Shown here piece by piece: positions 1 through 7,236 of a stretch of DNA of 30,300 nucleotides. The stretch is taken from the IMG/VR virus record IMGVR_UViG_3300015259_000009, positions 1 to 30,300 of that record. One strand, written 5' to 3'. The position numbers and the translations under genes were made by a program. The stretch's first letter is position 1, and each line of letters starts with the position of its first letter. The stretch is from a virus. Taxonomy: Duplodnaviria; Caudoviricetes. Under the pieces are notes generated by a model, which made no database searches, had not been told where the DNA came from, and saw nothing but the letters and a program-made list of their open reading frames with translations.

Positions 1-744
1 CCCGGCTGGGTCGATTGGACGCCGTACGAGCAGCAGGCTACGGGGTATTTCGTTCTCTTCGGGAAGGATAAGGCCAACCCCGGGGCCATGAAGCCTCTGT
101 TCCATATTGAGGGTTTGCAGCGGGCTCTCGGGTGGGATGGGGCGTCGTTTGCTACTCTCGGCGGTACCGATTGGAGCAAGGCGACCGTTATGTTCTGGAT
201 GGAGGAGAACGAGTATCAGGGGAATACGACGATTCGGCCGTCCGCAATTGACGAGCAGAATGCCTCCCCGAATCGTTCGCTTCGCGTGATGGATACCAGC
301 GGCCTGAAGGATCTGGACGCGAAGTTTGCCGGTATGCTGAAGGTCGCGGCCCCTGCGGCTCCGGCCAAGGCTCCGGCGAAGCCGCCCGCTACCGGGGGAA
401 AGCCCCCTGCGGGAAAAGGCGTCCCCCCGAAGTCTGCTCCTGCTGCTACAAATCCTTCGCAGACCCCTGCCCCGCAATCCCCTGCGACCACTCCCGCCGC
501 CGGGGCACCCTCTGTGCCTGCGTCCCCTTCTAAGGGTCCGCCCAAGACTGGGGGCGGTATGACTCAGGAGCAGGCGTGGGATCACGTCTCCAAGAATAAG
601 GGATCTGCGGTCAGTGATGACACGCAGGCGGAGAAGTGGATTGACGCTTCTACCGCTCTCTTCCCCGGCAAGGATGAGACCACGATGACTAACGCCGAGT
701 GGGCTCAGGTCGCTACGAAGACCCTCGAATTGATTAAGGCTTAA
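1..744 (+). CDS. Probable phage ssDNA-binding protein (DUF669-like) with Pro/Ala-rich linker; 5' end truncated by window
   Basis: Frame 1 is open from base 1 (PGWVDWTPYEQQATGYFVLFGK...). The aromatic/Gly pattern LQRALGWDG...EENEYQG is followed by a long P/A/K-rich tail, and the gene lies directly upstream of the primase. The function is inferred. Confidence 0.55.
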   Translation, partial: PGWVDWTPYEQQATGYFVLFGKDKANPGAMKPLFHIEGLQRALGWDGASFATLGGTDWSKATVMFWMEENEYQGNTTIRPSAIDEQNASPNRSLRVMDTSGLKDLDAKFAGMLKVAAPAAPAKAPAKPPATGGKPPAGKGVPPKSAPAATNPSQTPAPQSPATTPAAGAPSVPASPSKGPPKTGGGMTQEQAWDHVSKNKGSAVSDDTQAEKWIDASTALFPGKDETTMTNAEWAQVATKTLELIKA

Positions 745-759
745 TCCTCTACCCAACCA

Positions 760-793
760 CTGCGGGCCGGTCTGTCGGTCTGCCCGCAGCTTT
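760..793 (+). terminator. GC-rich hairpin, possible weak intrinsic terminator or processing stem between SSB and primase
   Basis: CTGCGGGC (760-767) pairs perfectly with GCCCGCAG (782-789), followed by only CTTT. Confidence 0.45.
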
Positions 794-819
794 ATCGTCT
801 CTACTCTGGGAGAGGATTC

Positions 820-3153
820 GTGAGAATTAGCTGGCCGAAAATCTACGCGGAGCTTCTGCGTAATGTCGGGCAGCCGTGGTACGGGATGCTCCCGTATTTC
901 GCGGAATCCCTCGGCGTTACGGAAGCCAGCATCTCCGCGTTGGGAGTGGGGTTTGCCCCGCTGGTTCAATTCAAGAAAAGGATCTCGGCTAATTGGTGGG
1001 TGATACCGGAGCGTGATGCCGAAGGAAATATCGTCGGACTCTCGCTGCGGGCAGATCGGGACGGAACGAAGGTCATGTATCCGGGCTCTAAACACGGGCT
1101 GGTTTACGCCATTCGACCGGGGTTCAAGACAGGGAGCAAAGACTATACCCCGGGCAAGCACAATTGGGTGCGGACAATGGACGCCGGGGTTCCCTGCCCG
1201 GTCTGCGGCAAGCCTGATGGGTGCCTGCTATCGGCCGAGGATCCCAAGAATCCAAAGGCGGTTAAATGTATCAGGGAATCACAGGGAGCCGTCGCCCAAG
1301 GTGATATGGACTCGGGCGGGCATCTCCATATCCTGAAACCCGAGGGGCATTTGGTCAAGGGTGGCCCGCTCCTCGAAACCCCGGGGCCGGGGATCCTCGT
1401 GGAAGGGGCGTCAGATACGGCCGTGGCGATGGACCTTGGATTTGTGGCGGTCGGCCGTCCCTCGAATCTGGCCGGGCTCGGGTACCTGAAGCAGCTTGTT
1501 AAAGGCCGCGAATGGTATATCATCGGTGAGAACGATCTCAAGGCTGATGGCAAGCACCCGGGCAAGGCAGGCATGGAGGCGGTCTTTGAGACCCTGAAGA
1601 ATTGCTGCAAGCTCAAGAAATTCCTGCCGCCCGCCGATGTAAAGGATCTGCGGGAGTGGAAGCAAAAGCACAACCTTACCCGCGAGGATCTGCTCAAGTA
1701 CGCTGAACACAACGGCTCTGATATCAGCGATAATCGGAACCTTGAATCCAAAGAGCCGGTCTCCATCGCTAGCAGGTGGCTGAAAGAGGAGCATACGACT
1801 GAGGGTATCCCGGTTCTCCGCAAGTATGCTAAGGAATGGTACCGCTTTAATGGGGAACGATACGAGAAGGTAGATGAGGAGGCATACATCCGTAGCGGGC
1901 TCTATCGATGGCTGCTGGGCCGGGCGTACATGGAGGAGAATTTGGATGGTGGGATAGTGCTGAAGCCCTATGAAGCGGACAAAAGTAAAATCACCAATAT
2001 CATCGATGCTCTCCTCATGGAATGCCCGCTTATTGCGGAGCCGCCGTGCTGGCTCGACGGCCGTACGGAGCCGCATCCTACTGGGCTGGTATCTTTCCCA
2101 AATGGGGTGCTGGACGTGTACCCCTATCTTGCCGGGGAGTCCGCTGAGCTTCTGCCTCTCTCACCGCTCTACTTCACCTTCAACGGTCTGCCGTACAATT
2201 TCGACCCGAAGGCGGACTGCCCGCTGTTCAAGAAATTCATCCAAGAAATCCTGCCGGGGGACGCTAAGAAAATAAGGCTGCTTCAGGAGTGGATGGGGTA
2301 CTTGATCCTGCCGAAAACGGATCAGCAGAAATTCATGGTCTTTAACGGCCCTTCGGGATCAGGAAAGACAACCCTGCTCGGGGCGATTGAGGCGATGCTG
2401 GGATCCAATCAGGTCTGCCACCCATCCCTGATGGGCATGGGTCAGGAATACGGTTTGGGCCAATTCATCGGTAAGCTCTGGGCCTGCATCGGGGATGCCC
2501 ACCTAGACCCGATGGCGAAAAAGCAAGTGATTATGGAACGGCTGAAGGAATTGACCGGCAACGTACACCCGAAGTTGATGGTTAGGAGGATGCACATTGC
2601 GGAGGAAGACGTACACATCTACGCCCGTATCACGCTCGCCTGCAATGATCTACCCGACCTTCCCGACAGTGGCGGTGCATTGCCCCGGCGAACCCTCGCC
2701 CTCGCCTTCACCGAGAAATTCGAGACGGAGACTCGTAAGCCTGATCGCCAATTGGCGGACAAACTGGCGACGGAAGCTCCGGGGATATTTAACTGGGCTT
2801 TGGAGGGGCTCGATCGATTGACCCGGCAGGGGTACTTCACGATCCCGGAATCATCGGAGGAATTGGCAAAGAAATTCGCCGCCAACGCCTCGCCCATTTC
2901 GCAGTTTGTGGATTACTGCTGCGAGGTTGGGAGTCACCGTAAGGAACAGGATGATGTGGTATACGATGTGTGGCGTAACTGGGGCCGCGAGCATGGATTG
3001 AGCGGCGGGATGCGTCTGAAATTCAACCACAATTTGCTGCTCACTCTGTCTAGTGTGCGGCACGTCAAAGACAACATCGGCGGTAAGATCGTCGGAGTGT
3101 TTACCGGCATCGGTCTTACCAAAGAGGCACGGGAGAAATACCTTGCCAAGTAA
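820..3153 (+). CDS. DNA primase-helicase (DnaG-like TOPRIM primase + Zn finger + P4/D5-type SF3 helicase)
   Basis: IPERDAEGNIVGLSLR (DnaG core N-part); CPVCGKPDGC Zn knuckle; TOPRIM motifs ILVEGASD, IIGEND, KDLREW; Walker A GPSGSGKTT; motif C ACNDLP; GAGAGGA SD before GTG. Confidence 0.92.
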   Translation: MRISWPKIYAELLRNVGQPWYGMLPYFAESLGVTEASISALGVGFAPLVQFKKRISANWWVIPERDAEGNIVGLSLRADRDGTKVMYPGSKHGLVYAIRPGFKTGSKDYTPGKHNWVRTMDAGVPCPVCGKPDGCLLSAEDPKNPKAVKCIRESQGAVAQGDMDSGGHLHILKPEGHLVKGGPLLETPGPGILVEGASDTAVAMDLGFVAVGRPSNLAGLGYLKQLVKGREWYIIGENDLKADGKHPGKAGMEAVFETLKNCCKLKKFLPPADVKDLREWKQKHNLTREDLLKYAEHNGSDISDNRNLESKEPVSIASRWLKEEHTTEGIPVLRKYAKEWYRFNGERYEKVDEEAYIRSGLYRWLLGRAYMEENLDGGIVLKPYEADKSKITNIIDALLMECPLIAEPPCWLDGRTEPHPTGLVSFPNGVLDVYPYLAGESAELLPLSPLYFTFNGLPYNFDPKADCPLFKKFIQEILPGDAKKIRLLQEWMGYLILPKTDQQKFMVFNGPSGSGKTTLLGAIEAMLGSNQVCHPSLMGMGQEYGLGQFIGKLWACIGDAHLDPMAKKQVIMERLKELTGNVHPKLMVRRMHIAEEDVHIYARITLACNDLPDLPDSGGALPRRTLALAFTEKFETETRKPDRQLADKLATEAPGIFNWALEGLDRLTRQGYFTIPESSEELAKKFAANASPISQFVDYCCEVGSHRKEQDDVVYDVWRNWGREHGLSGGMRLKFNHNLLLTLSSVRHVKDNIGGKIVGVFTGIGLTKEAREKYLAK

Positions 3154-3187
3154 AAGCTGGGATGGAAAAGGGAGTGTGCCTGTATAT

Positions 3188-3532
3188 ATGGAAACCTTTG
3201 CGGAGTACGATACTGAGGCGGCGGTAACAGACACCACGGAGTCGGATGCGGCGAAGCATATGCCCGCCGTCGTCTATTACGCCTTGAAGCTGAACGGTGA
3301 GGCAGGCGAGCTTGCGGAGAAGGTTGGCAAGATTTACCGGGATAAGGATGGGGTCTGGTCTGAGGAAGATAAGATGCTCGTCCTGAAAGAGCTTGGCGAC
3401 TGCCTCTGGTACATCTCTCGACTTGCCAAATGGCTCGGCTTCAGCCTTTGCCGCGTGGCTCTTGAGAACGTCAAGAAACTGATGGACCGTGCGAAGCGTG
3501 GAGTGATTGGCGGGAGCGGGGACACTCGGTAA
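3188..3532 (+). CDS. mazG: MazG-like nucleoside triphosphate pyrophosphohydrolase
   Basis: LKLNGEAGELAEKVGK...KELGDCLWY...NVKKLMDR...GVIGGSGDTR is the typical phage MazG-like signature. Start moved to ATG 3188, downstream of AAGGGAG (GTG 3176 is an alternative). Confidence 0.9.
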   Translation: METFAEYDTEAAVTDTTESDAAKHMPAVVYYALKLNGEAGELAEKVGKIYRDKDGVWSEEDKMLVLKELGDCLWYISRLAKWLGFSLCRVALENVKKLMDRAKRGVIGGSGDTR

Positions 3533-3735
3533 TGCCAGCCACACCAATAACCACCATCGGAGCATGGACCCGAGAAGAGAGAGAGTGGGTAAACGTTTTT
3601 GCTTTTAACATCTGGCACCGGGCTATGAGCTACTATAAAGCCGTGAAGATGCTGAAGACGAAGGTTTATCGCACCGACGAGGCAATTCGTAAGCAGCTTC
3701 GGATCAGGGTGGAGTCGTTAGATCGGAGCGAGTAA
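3532..3735 (+). CDS. Small putative helix-turn-helix (Myb/GcrA-like) protein
   Basis: TAATG coupling at both ends; WTREE...RTDEAIRKQL pattern of small phage HTH proteins. Confidence 0.55.
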   Translation: MPATPITTIGAWTREEREWVNVFAFNIWHRAMSYYKAVKMLKTKVYRTDEAIRKQLRIRVESLDRSE

Positions 3736-3920
3736 TGGCCGGTAAAGGCGATAGATACCGCCGTGTTGACTACAAGAAATGGAGCGAGAATTATGAGCGA
3801 GTCTTCGGGAAGCCCCAGCACGAATCCGAAGGATGCGATCGGCCGGAAAAAGCCGATGCTCCACCTGATTCCTCCGTCCGCCCTGATCCTCGAATCACTG
3901 GCGATGCGGAACGGGGCTGA
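3735..3920 (+). CDS. Small conserved-type phage hypothetical protein (MAGKGD...NYERVFGK)
   Basis: TAATG coupling and GGAG SD. The N-terminal ~27 aa resemble a recurrent tiny phage protein pattern (recalled); the 3' part overlaps the next gene. Confidence 0.6.
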   Translation: MAGKGDRYRRVDYKKWSENYERVFGKPQHESEGCDRPEKADAPPDSSVRPDPRITGDAERG

Positions 3921-4830
3921 GAAATACACCCCGTACAATTGGCGTCGGGCCACGGTGGCGGCTACCGTGTATATTGACGCTGTGATGCGGCACGTTCTGG
4001 CGTGGTTGGATGGTGAGGAGAACGCCCCAGATAGCGGGATCCACCATCTCGCCCATGCTCGGGCCAGCCTCGGCATTATCCTCGATGCTCAGGTTCAGGG
4101 TACGATGGTCGATGATCGGCCGTCTGCCAACGGGGCGGCAGGCAAGGCATCGGAGCTTATCGAGAATCTCTCAAAGCCAAAGCGTGTGCATGGCTGGATT
4201 GACCATACAAAGACAGCCAGCGAAGTCAACGCGGAATACGGCGATGCCGGGGATGAGAACAAGGTGGTAGCTTTTGATCCGGCGGTTCCCGGAGCCGATG
4301 AGACTGCGTTGCTAATCATCGGGGGTAACGACGAGCAAATCTTCATCTGCGAGGGCGGCGTAATTACAGGAGTAATGCACTTGAGCAAGCCACGAAGCGG
4401 GCGGGTCTACATTGCTGGACCCATGAGGGGCTATGAGAAATTCAACTTTCCGGCGTTTGATGCGGCTCGGGATCTCGCTCTTTCGCTGGGTTGGGAGCCC
4501 ATCAGTCCGGCGGATCTGGACCGCGATAGTGGGTTCCATGAGGATGCGGCCCCGATGGAAGCCCTCGGCCCGGAGATCACCCGTCAATTCGTTGATCGTG
4601 ATACAACGGCCCTGCTGTCCCTGCGGTCCGAGCATGGAGACGCAATCGCCCTCCTCCCCGGATGGGAGAAGTCAACCGGAGCCGTTGCAGAATTCTTCGT
4701 CGCCCGGTGGCTGGGGTTGCGGGTGCTGAACGCTCAGACGTTTGAGCCGTTCGGATCCAAGGAAATGCTGGATCTGGATTTGGGGCCGATCGTTCGCAAC
4801 GTCCTGAAGACCATCAGGGAGAGCAAATGA
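3793..4830 (+). CDS. dATP/dGTP diphosphohydrolase (DUF5664-type) fused to DUF4406 (nucleoside 2-deoxyribosyltransferase-like) domain
   Basis: N-domain NPKDAIGRKK...LIPP...GAEKYTPYNWR...DAVMRH...DSGIHHLAHA. C-domain VYIAGPMRG...FNFPAFD...SPAD...IALLPGWEKSTGAVAE. GGAG SD at 3781 supports ATG 3793. Confidence 0.88.
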   Translation: MSESSGSPSTNPKDAIGRKKPMLHLIPPSALILESLAMRNGAEKYTPYNWRRATVAATVYIDAVMRHVLAWLDGEENAPDSGIHHLAHARASLGIILDAQVQGTMVDDRPSANGAAGKASELIENLSKPKRVHGWIDHTKTASEVNAEYGDAGDENKVVAFDPAVPGADETALLIIGGNDEQIFICEGGVITGVMHLSKPRSGRVYIAGPMRGYEKFNFPAFDAARDLALSLGWEPISPADLDRDSGFHEDAAPMEALGPEITRQFVDRDTTALLSLRSEHGDAIALLPGWEKSTGAVAEFFVARWLGLRVLNAQTFEPFGSKEMLDLDLGPIVRNVLKTIRESK

Positions 4831-5534
4831 GTCGGGTACTCATCATCGGCGATACGCACATGCCTTCGGTCCACCCGGCGTACCTCGCGTTCGTCCGGGA
4901 TTTGCGGGACAAGCACCGTTGCGACACCATCGTTCATATTGGGGACGTGCTGGACTTCCACTCCGTCAGCTTTCACGCCCACGTCCCCGATATGCCGGGG
5001 CCGAAGGATGAGTACGAGCAGGCATACGAAGCGATGCGGGGCTGGGTCAAGGCGTTTCCCAAGATGAAGGTCTGCATCGGGAATCACGACCGGCGGGTAA
5101 TTAGGCTCGCCGAATCGGTCAACATTCCCAGCCGCTTTGTCAGGAATTATTCCGAAGTCTGGAACACTCCTCGATGGGAATGGGCCGAAGACTTCGTGAT
5201 TGACGGTTGCTACTACAGCCACGGCGAGGGGTGCGGTGGCCTACATCCGGCCTACAATCAGATGCAGAAAATGTTGTCGTCGGTCGCAATCGGCCACGTT
5301 CATACGGCCGGGGGAGTCTCTTGGCTCGCCAACCCCTCGGCTCGAATGTTTGGGATTGATGTGGGTTGCGGGATCGATGAAAAGAGCTTATCATTCGTCT
5401 ACAGTAAGCACTTCAAGCGGCGATCGATTATTTCCGCAGCCGTAGTTTTGGATGGTACGCCGCACCATCAAATCATGGAGATGGGGCCGGGCGAGAGATA
5501 CCATCGTAGCCGGTTCAAGAAAGGATCCAAATGA
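4827..5534 (+). CDS. Calcineurin-like metallophosphoesterase
   Basis: All five motifs present: GDTH, GDVLD, GNHD, SHG, GHVH. ATGA overlap with the upstream gene. Confidence 0.92.
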   Translation: MSRVLIIGDTHMPSVHPAYLAFVRDLRDKHRCDTIVHIGDVLDFHSVSFHAHVPDMPGPKDEYEQAYEAMRGWVKAFPKMKVCIGNHDRRVIRLAESVNIPSRFVRNYSEVWNTPRWEWAEDFVIDGCYYSHGEGCGGLHPAYNQMQKMLSSVAIGHVHTAGGVSWLANPSARMFGIDVGCGIDEKSLSFVYSKHFKRRSIISAAVVLDGTPHHQIMEMGPGERYHRSRFKKGSK

Positions 5535-6001
5535 AATGGCGTAGCGTTCTTCTGGCTGTCAGTATTGCCGTGGGGACCTGTATGTTTTCCTGTGCAGGCC
5601 CTCGGGGTTGCGGGCGAAATATGGCGGCGGACGTGGGGGAGTCAGTCAAGGAAAAGGCGAAGAAAGCGACAAGCAAAGCGACTATCGCCGACTTCGGAAT
5701 TCTCGATGTGATTGGGGCTGCGTGTGCGGTGTTGGCCGTGGTAGCAATCATCGGATCAGTCTACGGCGTGGTGCCCGGCAAGCTCGCAATTACTCTCGGC
5801 GGGATCGCGGTCGGGGCGTGGACGTTGCACATTATCCTAGCCGCCTATCTTTGGATCTTTGCCTTACTGTCGATGATTGGGCTAGTGTTGGGCGGAATGG
5901 CTTTCGCCTACGGTCATGTCAATTGGATTGAGAAGAGGCTGAACGTTGATATCGACCGAGATGGCGACGTTGGAGAGTCTAATGCTCCCCGGCAGAATTA
6001 G
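5531..6001 (+). CDS. Membrane protein with signal/lipoprotein-like N-terminus and about three TM helices
   Basis: MKWR + hydrophobic stretch + MFSC; three further hydrophobic segments; C-terminal DIDRDGD loop; ATGA overlap. Confidence 0.8.
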   Translation: MKWRSVLLAVSIAVGTCMFSCAGPRGCGRNMAADVGESVKEKAKKATSKATIADFGILDVIGAACAVLAVVAIIGSVYGVVPGKLAITLGGIAVGAWTLHIILAAYLWIFALLSMIGLVLGGMAFAYGHVNWIEKRLNVDIDRDGDVGESNAPRQN

Positions 6002-6374
6002 CACACGGACGGATCTGGTGGAAGAAATCTACGGGCGGCTGGCTTCAGCTTCCTGTAAACAATCCCTCAGAGAAGGTAGGGTCCGTGTATTCGGGGGTTT
6101 TTCTTCGATCCCGCCGTCCGGTCTGCCCGGCTGGGTCTGTCAGGTACGTTCCAGACATGGACGTACTTGGCTTTTGGCTTTGCTAGTAGATGAGAATTCT
6201 CATAGTTACAGATTAACTGTGGGCCTCGGCTCAATCCCTTGGAAGAATTGGGTGGGGAAGAAAGATGGGAAGGGAGTGTACGACGGTGACAACCCGCAGG
6301 AGCATTGGCGTGAACATCGTAAATCTGTTATTCTTAGTCGGTTCGATCCTGTTCTTCGCAGGCTCACTGATTAA
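5982..6374 (+). CDS. Hypothetical protein
   Basis: GGAGAG SD at 5972-5977 before ATG 5982; fills the operon gap; no recognisable motif. Confidence 0.6.
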   Translation: MLPGRISTRTDLVEEIYGRLASASCKQSLREGRVRVFGGFSSIPPSGLPGWVCQVRSRHGRTWLLALLVDENSHSYRLTVGLGSIPWKNWVGKKDGKGVYDGDNPQEHWREHRKSVILSRFDPVLRRLTD

Positions 6375-6507
6375 CGTATGGAGAGACCTTAATGCTGTGG
6401 GACATGGAAAGGTGGCTGTGGATCCCGGCCCTGTGCGTGGTAATCCTTACGACCTTAGCGATCGGCGTAATACTGGTCGGGGTCTATTTCCTCGCCGGAT
6501 GGATTGA
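6310..6507 (+). CDS. Small membrane protein (N-terminal TM)
   Basis: AGGAG SD at 6298-6302 and GTG at 6310; MNIVNLLFLVGSILFFAGSLINVW forms a clean TM helix. Confidence 0.5.
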   Translation: MNIVNLLFLVGSILFFAGSLINVWRDLNAVGHGKVAVDPGPVRGNPYDLSDRRNTGRGLFPRRMD

Positions 6508-6523
6508 CAGGAGGAGGGACTGA
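6392..6523 (+). CDS. 43-aa single-pass membrane microprotein (absent from ORF track)
   Basis: Translated by hand: MLWDMERWLWIPALCVVILTTLAIGVILVGVYFLAGWIDRRRD. GGAGAG SD at 6380-6385; TGATG coupling to the next gene. Confidence 0.7.
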   Translation: MLWDMERWLWIPALCVVILTTLAIGVILVGVYFLAGWIDRRRD

Positions 6524-6750
6524 TGGACGAGGGTAGAATGACAATCGAGGCAGCGGCGGCATACGTGCTGGGAAAGACCGGCATCAACCGCACTCGTCAG
6601 ACCGTCTATAACTGGATCAAAAAGGGTGTGAAGATCCGGGGCGGCGGAAAGGTTTTTCTTGAAAGCACCGTGGAGGGCGGGCAGACCTTCGTATCTACTC
6701 GTCAAGTAGATGAATTCCTCGCCAGCCTCGGCAGAAAGGGCGGAGCATGA
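6523..6750 (+). CDS. Excisionase/MerR-like winged HTH DNA-binding protein (DUF1580-like)
   Basis: TIEAAA...RQTVYNWIKKG...LEST.EGG...VDEFL; strong AGGAGG SD. Confidence 0.75.
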   Translation: MDEGRMTIEAAAAYVLGKTGINRTRQTVYNWIKKGVKIRGGGKVFLESTVEGGQTFVSTRQVDEFLASLGRKGGA

Positions 6751-7070
6751 GCCACCGAATTGTATCCTGCGATTTGAGCGAGCTACACTTTGCCAGCGAG
6801 CCGCGACTCTCGCAGTTGACCCTAGACGTGGCGATGAACCGCGAATGGTGGTGGGATCATAACGGCATGATCGGCATTCTCACGGTGCCGATCATGCACA
6901 ACGCCCTGATTACCTACAAATCCTATAAAGAAAACAGGCACCAGCGGGAGCCGGTGCCTGAACACGTTGGCAAGTTTGTATGGGGTCAGACGATATCAGC
7001 CGCCGAACAGGCTGAGCAGTTTCGTCAGACCGACGCCGCCAATACCGCCAGCGGCAGCGACCCCCATTAG
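6747..7070 (+). CDS. Hypothetical protein, last gene of + arm
   Basis: ATGA overlap with the HTH gene and GGAG SD; the 3' end overlaps the convergent gene. Confidence 0.65.
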   Translation: MSHRIVSCDLSELHFASEPRLSQLTLDVAMNREWWWDHNGMIGILTVPIMHNALITYKSYKENRHQREPVPEHVGKFVWGQTISAAEQAEQFRQTDAANTASGSDPH

Positions 7071-7226
7071 GCTCCACTTCAGTTTCTTGAATTGCTCCAA
7101 CACGCCCCCGTGGGCGGATGTTGAATCATTGTGAGCAGACATAATCTGCTCAATCTGCTTTGGGAACACCTGTTCCAAGTAGTGATCGAAATATCGACCG
7201 ACCACTACCTCTGCCACCAATTCCAT
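6996..7226 (-). CDS. Small protein with C-terminal TM helix, holin/XhlA-like, last gene of virion arm
   Basis: ATG 7226 lies 10 nt after the stop of the large ejection gene. Amphipathic N-part, then KKLKW + SLMGVAAAGGIGGVGLTKLLSLFGG. Confidence 0.6.
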   Translation of the reverse strand: MELVAEVVVGRYFDHYLEQVFPKQIEQIMSAHNDSTSAHGGVLEQFKKLKWSLMGVAAAGGIGGVGLTKLLSLFGG

Positions 7227-7236
7227 CTTGGCACAA

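Noticed and set aside
340-560. Pro/Ala/Lys-rich quasi-repeats in the first ORF
   Set aside because: Low-complexity linker with no discrete nucleotide repeat unit.
4261-4330. VVAFDPAVPGADETALLII resembles a terminase RNase H motif
   Set aside because: Only ~20 aa with no other nuclease motifs; treated as linker sequence.
3188-4830. Z-genome (2-aminoadenine) pathway
   Set aside because: No PurZ, HD-domain DatZ or polymerase in the window; MazG-like and DUF5664 domains alone are not sufficient.
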